Both the position numbers and the translations under genes were made by a program. A model generated the notes under the pieces. The model did not search any database. It saw only the letters and a program-made list of their open reading frames with translations, and was not told where the DNA came from. A stretch of DNA of 38,392 bases, taken from the NCBI GenBank assembly GCA_043759175.1, contig JAYVLZ010000322.1, positions 1-38,392 on the forward strand, in the 5' to 3' direction. This stretch comes from Chitinophagaceae bacterium (GTDB lineage: Bacteria > Bacteroidota > Bacteroidia > Chitinophagales > Chitinophagaceae). Shown here in pieces: positions 1 through 10,304 of this stretch (positions within the stretch are counted from its first letter, which is position 1; each line of letters starts with the position of its first letter).

Positions 1-87
1 CGCCATTTGTGATAAATAATGCGGATTTCTTGCCATCGTTTATTTGTTTAAAATTTTTTATTGTATCATTTTTTATAATAATTGTAT

Positions 88-1017
88 TTATGTTTTTATC
101 AGTTTACTTAAGTAATCATAACTTAATGTAATGCTTGCAAAAGGATCAGCAGGCATATCATGTTCAACAAAATAATGCTGAACACCAGCAATAGCCGCAG
201 CATCAAATATTCTTTTGAAATCTATGGTTCCGCTGCCAACTGGTAATATTGTTTCATGTTTTGCATCCAGGTCTTTTACATGCCATAAAGGGAAGCGGTC
301 AGGATGTTGTTTGAATAATTCAACCGGATCTTTACCGCCTTTTGTTGCCCATGCCAAATCCAGTTCCATCTTCACCAGCTCTGCATCTGTTTGTGATAAA
401 AACAATTCATAAGGCACTGTTCCTTCCACTGCATGAAACTCAGCATCATGATTGTGATATACAAATTGTATCCCGGCTTTTTTACAGGCTTCACCCGTTT
501 TATTTAAAATTACTGCAGATGCTTTTACTTCATCCAATGTAGTAATCGGTGTGCTGGAGCAAACAAGATATTTAACCCCGCCTTCAACAGCTTCATCCAC
601 CAGTTCCTGGTTATTATCTCTTAAGTTCCGCATTGGAGGAATACTAATTGGCTTGCCATCTGCACCCGCTGGCATCTTTGCGCCGGGAGGCAATTTAAAA
701 GGCGCCCCCAATACATGATGCGACTGCCATACAAGCCCCATACTGTTAAGCATAGACGCAAACTCTTTTGGTTTCATTCCATAATAACCACCCTTTTTGC
801 TGAATGCAGATTCAATTTCTTTGTAGCCAATGGCTGCCACTTTTTTTAATGTACCGGCAACATCATTATCAATAACATTAAAGAAAGTAAACAACTGCAC
901 CCCTAAAGGATGTACAGCCGGTTTGTTAAACAAAGCTGCCATTGATTTATTGGGAAGCAATAATCCTCCTAATGCAGCTGCACCTGTTTGTTTTAAAAAA
1001 TTTCTTCTTTTAAGCAT
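88..1017 (-). CDS. Sugar phosphate isomerase/epimerase (xylose isomerase-like TIM barrel), Tat-exported
   Basis: Twin-arginine signal MLKRRNFLKQ. Metal motifs YHNHDAEF, MELDLAW, WHVKD and FVEHD are typical of the AP endonuclease 2/IolE-like family. Confidence 0.85.
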   Translation of the reverse strand: MLKRRNFLKQTGAAALGGLLLPNKSMAALFNKPAVHPLGVQLFTFFNVIDNDVAGTLKKVAAIGYKEIESAFSKKGGYYGMKPKEFASMLNSMGLVWQSHHVLGAPFKLPPGAKMPAGADGKPISIPPMRNLRDNNQELVDEAVEGGVKYLVCSSTPITTLDEVKASAVILNKTGEACKKAGIQFVYHNHDAEFHAVEGTVPYELFLSQTDAELVKMELDLAWATKGGKDPVELFKQHPDRFPLWHVKDLDAKHETILPVGSGTIDFKRIFDAAAIAGVQHYFVEHDMPADPFASITLSYDYLSKLIKT

Positions 1018-1083
1018 AACTTATAGTTTAATTATTTTTTTATTTTCCAATTTACATTTAATTATCAAAGTAGTAATTGAACT

Positions 1084-1974
1084 TTATTTTTTTACTTCTA
1101 ATAAACCCTGCACATCCAGCCAGTCACCAAAACGTTCAATCCATTTATCAACTGGCAATCCCTGTTTTCGCATACCAAAACCATGACCTCCCTTTGAATA
1201 AATATGCAGTTCTGCCTGCTTCTTTGCTGCAATCCATGTGTTGTATAAATTGCTGCTGTGGGATGCCATCCCTAACTGGTCATCGGCGGCTGCACAAATA
1301 AAAAGCGGTGGTGCGTCTGCAGGCATTGCCTGATTTTTTAACGCATTCATATAAGCATAAATGGGTGCAGCAAAATCAGGACGATCAGCAGCTGTGGAAT
1401 TAAAAACAGTCCCCATCGTTACAGTACCTCCGGCTGAAAATCCCATAAAGCCAATCCGCTTTGGATTAACATTGTATTCAGCAGCATGAGAACGAACCCA
1501 GGCAATTGCTTTTAATCCATCAGTGATTGCCATAGTAACTACACTGTCATTCTCTTCATCTAATTTTTTAAAGTCACCCATTTTTTTCATGACAGTGCCA
1601 ATAGGATCATCCGTATCCATGTGCACCAAACGATATTTCAATACAAAGGCGGCAACACCTTTTGCATTCAGCCATTTGGCCACATCAATCCCTTCGCTTT
1701 CGATGGAGAGTGTATGAAAGGCGCCACCCGGAGCAATAATAACGGCTGTGCCATTTGCAATTGAGCTATCTGGCAAATAAGCAGTAAGCGTTGGCTTCGC
1801 CACATTATACACCACTTTTGTATTGAAGAGGTTTTTGGTATTTTCTTTTTCTTCCCAGTTCCAGTTTTCAGAACCCGGCGCCTTACCATTGTAGAGCTTT
1901 ATTACTTTCTGGGCATTAACTGAACCCGTTATTAAAGCCAACACCAATGTGAATAGAATAAATTTTAAGTTCAT
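1084..1974 (-). CDS. Secreted alpha/beta hydrolase (carbohydrate esterase-like)
   Basis: Sec signal peptide; oxyanion loop IAPGGAF; nucleophile elbow GFSAGG; Asp in ADDQL; His in GGHGFG. Confidence 0.85.
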   Translation of the reverse strand: MNLKFILFTLVLALITGSVNAQKVIKLYNGKAPGSENWNWEEKENTKNLFNTKVVYNVAKPTLTAYLPDSSIANGTAVIIAPGGAFHTLSIESEGIDVAKWLNAKGVAAFVLKYRLVHMDTDDPIGTVMKKMGDFKKLDEENDSVVTMAITDGLKAIAWVRSHAAEYNVNPKRIGFMGFSAGGTVTMGTVFNSTAADRPDFAAPIYAYMNALKNQAMPADAPPLFICAAADDQLGMASHSSNLYNTWIAAKKQAELHIYSKGGHGFGMRKQGLPVDKWIERFGDWLDVQGLLEVKK

Positions 1975-2014
1975 TTATTTAAAATTAATTGTAAAAGATA
2001 AAATGAATCAACCA

Positions 2015-3439
2015 CTATAATTTTGTTTCCCGTATTATCTTTTGATACTCATAAAAACTTTGCTTGGGAGTACGTTCCTGCGTTTTAAAATCAACATATA
2101 TCAAACCCAACCGCTTGGTATATCCTGCCACCCATTCAAAATTATCCCAACCACTCCAAACCATATAACCGTTCAAATTGGCACCTTCTTTTTTTGCTTT
2201 TAATGCCCATTCGATATGACGTTTTATATAATCTGCCCGAAGAGGATCGTTTATTTTATTATTCACTTTTACGTCTTCATGTTTAAACCCTGTACCGTTT
2301 TCAGTGATATACACTTTTGGATTGCCGTATTCCGTTTTTAAACGCATCAATATTTTATATAGGTATTCTGGCATAACCGGACCCACATTTGACTTGATAG
2401 AATCAGGATTATTATCCAGCCATTTTAAAGACATGGGTGTATCGTCTCCTTTAACAATGGCAGGGGCATAAAAATTAACGCCGAGAAAATCTGGTTTTTG
2501 TGCAGCGATAAAAGCCATATCTTCTGCAGCCGGTTTAAAAGTGGGATTGTATTTTGCAAAAGAATCCAATGCCATTTTAGGATAACTGCCTTTATACAAT
2601 GGGTCTAAAAAAAGATCATTTATTAAAACATCCTGAAACTTTGCAGCTTCTACATCAGCCGCATTTTTTGCATCCCAGGGTGCTGCAGGATTTAAATTGA
2701 GTACCAATCCGATTTCACCTTTTAATTTTAAATCGTGGTAAATTTTAATCACTTTGGCATTTGTTATCATTTGCCGATGCGCCTTTTGCATCTGACTCAT
2801 ATAATATTCCTTTTCAGGCAAGGTATTTTTTTGGGCGTTGAGCATATTTTCCACCAGGAAAAACTCAATATATGGCTCATTGAAAGTGATAAACTTTTTT
2901 ACTTTATTACCATACCGCTTTATGACCGTTGTGGCATAATTGATATACCAATTTTCCATTTCAGGATTGCCCCAACCGCCTTTTTGCATTAACACATTTG
3001 GATAATCGAAATGATACAGCGTTACGAATGGCTCAATCCCTGCTGCCATTAAATCATCTATCAATACATCATAATGCGCCAATGCTTTTTCATTGACTGC
3101 ACCAACGCCGTCAGGGATAATACGACTCCAATCTAACGACATCCGGTAAGAATTTACGCCCAATTCTTTCATCAATTCAATGTCTTTAAGGTATTGGTTT
3201 CGGTCATACATGTTAATAGACACATTGCCAGTTTGTTTTTCGCCAATGGTAAATTGGGTAATGCCAACTTTGTTGGTCAGAAAATCCCATTTAGATTCGC
3301 CTTTGCCATCAGCCTGATAAGCGCCTTCTACCTGGTAGGCACAAGTTGCTACACCCCAGAGGAATTTTTCTTTTTGCTGAGCTTTAATTGTTGCCGCAAG
3401 GAAAACGATCAGGCTGATTGAAAAAATAATCTTATTCAT
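2015..3439 (-). CDS. Glycoside hydrolase family 1 (beta-glucosidase) with signal peptide
   Basis: FLWGVATCAYQVEGA N-terminal signature; acid/base TFNEP; nucleophile ITENG; WSGWDNFEW; signal peptide ending IKA-Q. Confidence 0.93.
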   Translation of the reverse strand: MNKIIFSISLIVFLAATIKAQQKEKFLWGVATCAYQVEGAYQADGKGESKWDFLTNKVGITQFTIGEKQTGNVSINMYDRNQYLKDIELMKELGVNSYRMSLDWSRIIPDGVGAVNEKALAHYDVLIDDLMAAGIEPFVTLYHFDYPNVLMQKGGWGNPEMENWYINYATTVIKRYGNKVKKFITFNEPYIEFFLVENMLNAQKNTLPEKEYYMSQMQKAHRQMITNAKVIKIYHDLKLKGEIGLVLNLNPAAPWDAKNAADVEAAKFQDVLINDLFLDPLYKGSYPKMALDSFAKYNPTFKPAAEDMAFIAAQKPDFLGVNFYAPAIVKGDDTPMSLKWLDNNPDSIKSNVGPVMPEYLYKILMRLKTEYGNPKVYITENGTGFKHEDVKVNNKINDPLRADYIKRHIEWALKAKKEGANLNGYMVWSGWDNFEWVAGYTKRLGLIYVDFKTQERTPKQSFYEYQKIIRETKL

Positions 3440-3455
3440 GATAATTTATTAAACA

Positions 3456-6317
3456 CTAAAATTTGTAAGACACTGTAAGGAAATAAGCTCTTGGCATAGA
3501 ACCCTGTGTAGCATATACCGCATCAGGGTTTGCTGCAATAAATTCTTTTGTAAAACCCTGGCGGTTTAATGCTGCCGGAAAACCTCCCGGCCCTGACCAG
3601 CCCAGTACCCCATATTTATTGAACACATTATTTATATTGAATTGCAGGGCTACTTTCTTTGATACATCATAACCCATGCTCAAATCAACCTGTCCGAATG
3701 CCGGCATCTTAAATGCGTTGGGAATATTGGCCTGCCTTGATCCTAAATAATTATACGTTACTGATGCATAAAATTTATTGGTGGTATAGGTTGGTGAAAT
3801 ACTAAACATCAATTTTGCATTGTTGTCATTTTCATTACCTGAAAAATCCTGCAACTGATCAAACTGAGGAGCTTTACCACTTGATATCCATGTTTTATAA
3901 CTGGTGGCTGTTGAATGCTGAACTGTTGCTTGTGCCCTGATACTAAATGATGAACTAAATGCATAATTACCTTCAAACTCTACCCCATAGCTCCTGTATT
4001 TTGCATACTGAATTTCCGGGTTGTAATTAGAACCAGTAGAATCTGTAAATGCAAACTGCAGGTTGGGCACATTACTCAACAGGCTGTAAAATGGCGTGAT
4101 ATTTAAACTAAGGTTACTTTTCTTAACCTTCAATGCCACTTCAAATTGCTGAATGCGCTGAGCTTCTGTATTCAGGCTGCTGATAAGGTTGGGCGCTGTG
4201 GCTGCAAAATAGTTACCAATCTCAGGCGCTTTGTTTCCGTCTGAATAACGGGCATATACAGCGGTTTCGTTATTGATACGATAATTCAAACCTGCGGAGA
4301 AAGAAAACGTATGAACGGTTTTATCAAAGTTTAAAGGCGTACCTGCTATTCCGCCTCCATTGTCATATACTGTTAGTGGGTTACCGTCACGTCCACCCCA
4401 TGCAGGATCATTCTCCTTTGCATCTCTTGTTACGGGTATATTGAAACCAGAAATCCGGGTTGATTCATAACGCAAACCCCAGTCTAAATTCAACTTTGAA
4501 GTAAGATCCCAATTATGCCCCAGGAACAAAGCAAGTTGTCTTTTGGTTCCTTCTGAAGTGGTAATGCCGCCCCTGCCTACATCCATAAAACCATTGGCAT
4601 CAGTAATTTGATAATCCTGGCTATCGAATAGCCCATGAAGTTTGATATCAACAAGATGCGGCTTGTCCTGCAAAGTACCGACCCCAACACCATCATCTTC
4701 CTGTCCTCCAACCCTGGTTACCTTTGAATTGGCGAAGAAACCACCAAAATTGAAAGTCATTTTTTCCAATTTTTTGGAGAAGCTAAATTGGTCCGTGAAC
4801 TCTTTCGCAGTATTGTCCTGATAGAACAGCGGCAGGAAGAACAAAGAGTTTCTTTGAATGTTTTCTCCCGGAAAATTGTTATTGGGTCCAGGTATAAAAC
4901 TGATTCCCGTAGGGCCGGGAATTACACTAATGGTTCCCAACTCCTGGCCATTTACTTTATCGGTGAAAGTGTAGGTTCCAAACTTGCCCGTTTGCAATAA
5001 ATGCGGCAAACCATAAAACACAACACTTTCTGTTGAGAATGGAGTTACAACAGCGGGAACGCTTCCGGTTGTATGTTTAGAAGAAAACCGGCCATCATTT
5101 TTGAAGGTCCAGCCAGTGCCAAGATTATGACTCCAGCTAAGGCCAATCGTTTTATCACGGTTATGGTATTTATCTTTTGAATTAAATGTTGCGGTGCCGG
5201 TATTGTTTACCGGAATTTGCATGGAGAAAGCAGGCAGATTGTAGGAATCGGTAGTGGACAAACCAGTCATTACTTTAGGATTGTCCCAGCCTTGTGATGG
5301 TATAAACTCTGCCTGCGCATTTTTGTCGTCCAGGAATTTTGCATAAAATTTTAATGAGCCTGATTTATAAGTTTTCAAAATGTTTGCCTTTAACTGGCCT
5401 CCATTGTTGCTTGGATAACCGGGGTACCTTGCCCCATTTGACCGGCGATAAAAGCCCCCGATATTATAGGTTACTGAACCATCCTTGCTTAATGGTCCGC
5501 CAAAATTCAGGTCAGCCCTGTAATATGGATTTTTACCATCACCTTCCAAACCAACTTTTGCCCTTACTTCACCCGCAAATGTTTTTCCTCCCGTTTTAGA
5601 GATGTAATTAAAAATACCACCGGGTGCATTGGCTCCTACGATGGAGGCTGTTCCGCCCCTTACAGCTTCCAGGCGTTCAATAGTAATATCCGCTCTTAAA
5701 TAATTATCCGTGCCACTTGCATTGGATACCGGCAGGCCATCTTCCTGCAGTGATACATAATAATAGCCTGAAGCATTATCAATTGAATTCGCCGAAATTC
5801 CCCTTGAATAAACGGTATTGGCAATTTCGCCACGGGCATTGTTAACGTATACACCCGGCACGTTTCTTAATAAGTCAGCGGCACTGGTTGGCGCCAGTTG
5901 GGAAATTTGTTTAGCATTGAGTGTGGAGATAGCAACGGAAGATGACATCCTGCTGCGTTTATCAAATACACCGGTTACAATTACTTCATCCTCTTGTTTT
6001 TCAGATTCTTTCATAGATACTTTTGTATCACTACTGCCGGCAACATATTTTATTTCATAAGGCGCATACCCAACATAAGAGATAATCAATGTGCCATTAC
6101 CTGCAATGTCTGTAAAGGCGTAGTTGCCCTGTTCATCTGTGGTGGTGGTTTTATTAGTGCCCTTAATTTTTACGGTAGCGCCTGCCAGCGGTTTACCATC
6201 TTTGTCAATTACCTTACCCGTGATATTACCCGTTTGGGAGAATGAACCTAATGATAAAAAAAGTAAAAAACACGTCATTAAAGAGATGGTGATAACGAGA
6301 CTTTTTTTCATATACAA
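3456..6317 (-). CDS. TonB-dependent outer membrane receptor with N-terminal carboxypeptidase-regulatory-like domain
   Basis: Signal peptide; ITGKVIDKDGKPLAGATV N-domain; TonB-box-like DEVIVTG; plug motif ERLEAVRGG...GGIFNYISK; C-terminal YFLTVSYKF. Confidence 0.92.
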   Translation of the reverse strand: MYMKKSLVITISLMTCFLLFLSLGSFSQTGNITGKVIDKDGKPLAGATVKIKGTNKTTTTDEQGNYAFTDIAGNGTLIISYVGYAPYEIKYVAGSSDTKVSMKESEKQEDEVIVTGVFDKRSRMSSSVAISTLNAKQISQLAPTSAADLLRNVPGVYVNNARGEIANTVYSRGISANSIDNASGYYYVSLQEDGLPVSNASGTDNYLRADITIERLEAVRGGTASIVGANAPGGIFNYISKTGGKTFAGEVRAKVGLEGDGKNPYYRADLNFGGPLSKDGSVTYNIGGFYRRSNGARYPGYPSNNGGQLKANILKTYKSGSLKFYAKFLDDKNAQAEFIPSQGWDNPKVMTGLSTTDSYNLPAFSMQIPVNNTGTATFNSKDKYHNRDKTIGLSWSHNLGTGWTFKNDGRFSSKHTTGSVPAVVTPFSTESVVFYGLPHLLQTGKFGTYTFTDKVNGQELGTISVIPGPTGISFIPGPNNNFPGENIQRNSLFFLPLFYQDNTAKEFTDQFSFSKKLEKMTFNFGGFFANSKVTRVGGQEDDGVGVGTLQDKPHLVDIKLHGLFDSQDYQITDANGFMDVGRGGITTSEGTKRQLALFLGHNWDLTSKLNLDWGLRYESTRISGFNIPVTRDAKENDPAWGGRDGNPLTVYDNGGGIAGTPLNFDKTVHTFSFSAGLNYRINNETAVYARYSDGNKAPEIGNYFAATAPNLISSLNTEAQRIQQFEVALKVKKSNLSLNITPFYSLLSNVPNLQFAFTDSTGSNYNPEIQYAKYRSYGVEFEGNYAFSSSFSIRAQATVQHSTATSYKTWISSGKAPQFDQLQDFSGNENDNNAKLMFSISPTYTTNKFYASVTYNYLGSRQANIPNAFKMPAFGQVDLSMGYDVSKKVALQFNINNVFNKYGVLGWSGPGGFPAALNRQGFTKEFIAANPDAVYATQGSMPRAYFLTVSYKF

Positions 6318-6439
6318 GCAATTTAGTTTTAGCGTGCCTTATCGTTAGAGACACAAATGATAGAAAAATGAATGGATGTAATTTCAAAATAATAACCGCT
6401 TCTGCAACTTATTTTCAATATCCATTTCTTATATTCGTT

Positions 6440-6454
6440 ATAAGAAATACTTAT
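6440..6454. promoter_or_regulatory. Putative LysR-type binding site (T-N11-A dyad)
   Basis: ATAAG-AAATA-CTTAT dyad immediately upstream of the LysR start codon, in the divergent intergenic region. Confidence 0.55.
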
Positions 6455-6459
6455 CAGGA

Positions 6460-7368
6460 ATGGAAATAAGACAGTTAAAATATACAGTAGCCGTGGCTGA
6501 AGAATTGCATTTTGGTAAGGCAGCAAAGCGGCTATTTGTCTCCCAGCCTGCACTGAGCCAGCAAATACAGTTACTGGAGAAAGATTTGGGTGTTGAAATA
6601 TTTACGAGGGCACGTCGCAACCTTCATAAGAAAGTTGAATTAACAGAGGCTGGAATTATTTTTGTTTCTGAGGCCAGGCGGATATTGCAATCCATTGAAA
6701 AAATGACCGATACGGTAAGGCGCATTGGCACCCAGCATAGAATTGTAAAACTGGGTATCTACAAATTGGTAACAAGGGACAACCTGGTGGGGCTGATAAA
6801 ACTATTCGCTGAAAAATTTCCTGACATTGAAATAAAAATCGTTGAATTTGCCACCTACAAAGATGTGCAGGAAGGATTATTAAAGGATAGTATAGACCTG
6901 GGTATTACATTGCTGCCACTCCTTTCAAACGAACTCAATTCAAAATTGTACCAAATTAATTATCTGAATATTTTGCTACCGCAAAACCATCCATTAGCAA
7001 AAAAACCTTCCATTCATTTGTCTCAATTAAAAAAAGAAAAATGGATTGAACTGGAAAAGCGTTCCACACCGGTACTGGATTTTATAGATAGTATTTGTAA
7101 AAAAAATGGCATTAATCGTGACGGTAATATTATTCAACAGGTAAGCTCATTTGAATTGATGGCAAGCCTGGTTGGGCTTGGACTGGGTATCGCTTTTATA
7201 CCTTCCACACTGGATGCTACTCACATTAAAGGTGTGGTAAAAAAGAAAATTTTAAATGATGATAACAGCCGGTTCACCGAGTTTGAATACCGGCAGGTGT
7301 TTGCATATAAAACAGATAAAGTAACTCCCACTATACAGGCCTTGGTTGGGCTGGTAAATAAATTATAG
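6460..7368 (+). CDS. LysR-family transcriptional regulator
   Basis: HTH signature LKYTVAVAEELHFGKAAKRLFVSQPALSQQIQLLEKDLG; 302 aa; C-terminal substrate-binding domain (LVGLGLGIAFIP). Confidence 0.95.
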   Translation: MEIRQLKYTVAVAEELHFGKAAKRLFVSQPALSQQIQLLEKDLGVEIFTRARRNLHKKVELTEAGIIFVSEARRILQSIEKMTDTVRRIGTQHRIVKLGIYKLVTRDNLVGLIKLFAEKFPDIEIKIVEFATYKDVQEGLLKDSIDLGITLLPLLSNELNSKLYQINYLNILLPQNHPLAKKPSIHLSQLKKEKWIELEKRSTPVLDFIDSICKKNGINRDGNIIQQVSSFELMASLVGLGLGIAFIPSTLDATHIKGVVKKKILNDDNSRFTEFEYRQVFAYKTDKVTPTIQALVGLVNKL

Positions 7369-7380
7369 ATTAAAAAAAAA

Positions 7381-8526
7381 TTAAACAAGATGCTGAGGGA
7401 AATCAGTGATCTTTTTACAGCATATTTGTTCCATTACCTGCTGCAACTGTGTTTTTAAAATTGAAATGGTATGATTACCTCCATTGTTACCTAATGCAGC
7501 TGCTCCATACATAAAAGTTCTGCCCATAAAAGTAAAGTCTGCGCCGCATGCCATGGCTCTTGCAACATCAGGGCCGGAACGAAGGCCACTATCCATCATA
7601 ATTTTTATTTGGTCCTTATATTTCTGCACAATGGGATGCAGGGATTTAATGGATGATTGACCTGCATCTAATTGCCGCCCTCCATGATTAGAAACAATAA
7701 TTCCATCTAAACCCAATCTTATTGCCATCTCAGTATCTTCTGCTGAAGCAACCCCTTTTAATACCAATTTCCCTTTCCACATATCACGGATGGGTGCAAT
7801 TTTATCTTCATTTAACCTGCCGGAAAAAGTTTGGTTCATGTATGCCCCAAGCTGATTCATGTTCAGGCCTTTTGGCATATACGGTTTCATGTTAGCAAAA
7901 GCCGGCTGTCCATGAATCAATGTTTTTAAAGCCCACTCCGGCTTACCCATTATCTGCAAAATATTCCGAAGCGTCATTTTAGGTGGCAGAGCTAAACCAT
8001 TTCTTATATCACGGGGCCGGTATCCAAAAGTTGGCACATCACAAAGAATAACGAGAACAGGACATTGTGCAGCAGCGGCCCTTTTTATTAAACTATCCCT
8101 TATTTCATTTTCTGCCGGATGATATAATTGGAACCATGCCCTGCCCTCCGTCAATTCACTTATCCTTTCAATATTGGATGTAGTAACAGTGCTTAAAATG
8201 AATGGGATGTTATGTTCAAATGCAGCTTTGGCAAGTATTTCAGGTGCATTGGGCCACATCAATCCCTGCAGACCAACAGGCGCTATTCCAAACGGGGCAT
8301 CATATACATGGCCAAACAATTCGGTTTGCATGTTTGAGCCAGTATGCTTAGTTAGGTAATAAGGTTGCAATTCAATTTGCCTTAACTCCGAAGTATTCTT
8401 ATGAAGATTTACATCTTCATTACAACCGCCATCTAAATATTCAAAAGCAAATTTGGGAATCTTTTTCTTCGCCTTCTTAATTAAATCATCTGTTGAAGGA
8501 TAATTACTGTTATACTGCCATTTCAT
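7381..8526 (-). CDS. lldD: FMN-dependent alpha-hydroxy acid dehydrogenase (L-lactate dehydrogenase)
   Basis: SNHGGRQLD active-site motif; DSGLRSGPDV; FEYLDGG; KLVLKG. Position at the end of a rhamnose operon fits L-lactate oxidation. Confidence 0.8.
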   Translation of the reverse strand: MKWQYNSNYPSTDDLIKKAKKKIPKFAFEYLDGGCNEDVNLHKNTSELRQIELQPYYLTKHTGSNMQTELFGHVYDAPFGIAPVGLQGLMWPNAPEILAKAAFEHNIPFILSTVTTSNIERISELTEGRAWFQLYHPAENEIRDSLIKRAAAAQCPVLVILCDVPTFGYRPRDIRNGLALPPKMTLRNILQIMGKPEWALKTLIHGQPAFANMKPYMPKGLNMNQLGAYMNQTFSGRLNEDKIAPIRDMWKGKLVLKGVASAEDTEMAIRLGLDGIIVSNHGGRQLDAGQSSIKSLHPIVQKYKDQIKIMMDSGLRSGPDVARAMACGADFTFMGRTFMYGAAALGNNGGNHTISILKTQLQQVMEQICCKKITDFPQHLV

Positions 8527-8561
8527 CTGTAATAATTTTAAGTAAAAGTTAAAGACTATAT

Positions 8562-9947
8562 CTACGTTGGTATGTTATGTGCAACAGCATACAACTTTAA
8601 ATCTATAATATCTGAAGGAAGCTGTTTTGTATTCCAGTGCTGATGGATAGCCAGTGCAGCTCCCAATGCAGAAGCCTGCGGAACTGATGCAGCATATACT
8701 TCTATACCGGGAAATGCTTCGGATAATAAATGCATATAAATGGGATTATTACCAAAGCCACCATCAACAAAAATTCTTTTAACGAATGTTCCTTTTAATA
8801 CAAGGCTGGTGCTGTGAATTTGTTGTGCAATAATATCAGCTATTAACTGGTGATACGCTTCTTCGTAACTGGCAAACACATTCAAGTCTCTTGCACTAAA
8901 AGTTGATTGCTGCACCATCGCATCTTTTGGTTCTCTATTTGAAATTTTCTTTGCAGGTTTTATTTTTTTTAAAATCTCTGTGTTGTATTGAATGGTTTTA
9001 TAATGATCCAATGATTTATTAAAATGTGCTGCTATTTTTTTTGTTTGCTGTTCATGTTCATAGCCGGCAAACAACCTGGATGCTTTAACGGGTTTTCCTT
9101 GATAAGATAAATAACATAAACAATCCTGGTGCAATTCATAATCACTCAACTGTGTGTGATTAAATGGATTTAATGTAATACACCAGGTGCCTGTTGATAA
9201 AAGAATGAATGATTCATTAAAAGAAATAAGGTATGGGATTAATGCAGCAGAACTGTCGTGCAATCCAATGCCAGCCGGAATATTCTCCTTTACGTACCCT
9301 GCAATTTCATCGCAGTTTTTTACAGGAGGTAGTTTAGCTTCCACTCCTTCTTTTTTTACCCAACTGTGATATTTATTGTTTTGAAAATTCCACAGATTGG
9401 TATGTGAACCGATGCTGGTAATATCTGTGTTTAATTTACCGGTAAGAATAAAACTTAAATACTGGGGCAGGTGCAATGCATATTTTATGTGATCAAATTT
9501 TTCAAGTTGGTCATATTTTAAGCGGTACAACTGCATACCTGAATTCAAATTACCCAGTACAGGAGAAGCTGTTTTTTTAGCAAAGGAACTTTCACCACCG
9601 TAGGTATTATAAAATTTTTCTTTTAATTGAGGTGAGTATGGTTTTAGATAATTATACAATGGCAATACTACATCCAACTCTGCGTCCAAACAAACAAAGC
9701 TGGCACCATAAGCGGAGAAGTTGACTCCCTTAACATCATATCTTTCATCTTTTGTTATTGCATCAAAAGAATTTTTTATCCATTCCGTTAAAGCCCCAAC
9801 ATCTTCACAAGCAAAACCATCTTCATCTTTTATTTCTTCTAATTGTTTACTTTCTTCATACAGTAATTTATACTGCTCATCAAACAACAATAACTTCTTA
9901 TTGGTTTTGCCAACATCAAATATTGCTATGACGGAGATTGAAGTCAT
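8562..9947 (-). CDS. FGGY-family carbohydrate kinase (probable rhamnulokinase)
   Basis: IFDVGKTNKK phosphate-1 motif; GLHDSSAAL; LSTGTW; VDGGFG. The likely start is the ATG at 9947 (MTSISV); the ORF-track extension to 9995 runs through degenerate heptamer repeats. Confidence 0.82.
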   Translation of the reverse strand: MTSISVIAIFDVGKTNKKLLLFDEQYKLLYEESKQLEEIKDEDGFACEDVGALTEWIKNSFDAITKDERYDVKGVNFSAYGASFVCLDAELDVVLPLYNYLKPYSPQLKEKFYNTYGGESSFAKKTASPVLGNLNSGMQLYRLKYDQLEKFDHIKYALHLPQYLSFILTGKLNTDITSIGSHTNLWNFQNNKYHSWVKKEGVEAKLPPVKNCDEIAGYVKENIPAGIGLHDSSAALIPYLISFNESFILLSTGTWCITLNPFNHTQLSDYELHQDCLCYLSYQGKPVKASRLFAGYEHEQQTKKIAAHFNKSLDHYKTIQYNTEILKKIKPAKKISNREPKDAMVQQSTFSARDLNVFASYEEAYHQLIADIIAQQIHSTSLVLKGTFVKRIFVDGGFGNNPIYMHLLSEAFPGIEVYAASVPQASALGAALAIHQHWNTKQLPSDIIDLKLYAVAHNIPT

Positions 9948-10037
9948 TTTGTGAATTGTGAGTGGTCGGTTGTGAGTGTCTTCACTTTTGATCATTCCGC
10001 TTAATAATTTAAATCTGTTTGCTTAGTTAAATTTTAT

Positions 10038-10213
10038 AGCTCCAGCGGAGCGAAATGTTAGTAGCAGTAAAATTAGATTTCATTATCATCTTTAAAGCTC
10101 CGGAGGAGCGGCATGTAAGAAACATATCGCTCCTCCGGAGCTAAATAGGGTTTTGATTTTCGTTTCTACTAACATTTCGACTCCCGAAAAATCGGGACAG
10201 GCTCTCTGGGTCT
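10038..10213. repeat. Nested palindromic REP/MITE-like element
   Basis: Outer 14-bp inverted repeat CGAAATGTTAGTAG (10051-10064) / CTACTAACATTTCG (10166-10179). Inner perfect 15-bp inverted repeat AGCTCCGGAGGAGCG (10096-10110) / 10128-10142. Small hairpin TCCCGA-AAAA-TCGGGA (10182-10197). Confidence 0.8.
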
Positions 10214-10304
10214 TTGTAAGCCATCTTTTAAAATAACTCTGCCAATAGGTTATATAAATGTTTTTATAATTGATTCTAAAGTTGCAATTACTAATAACCC
10301 ACCC

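Noticed and set aside
3456-6317. SusC of a classical PUL
   Set aside because: There is no downstream SusD, and the typical SusC plug signature (LKDASAAAIYG) is absent.
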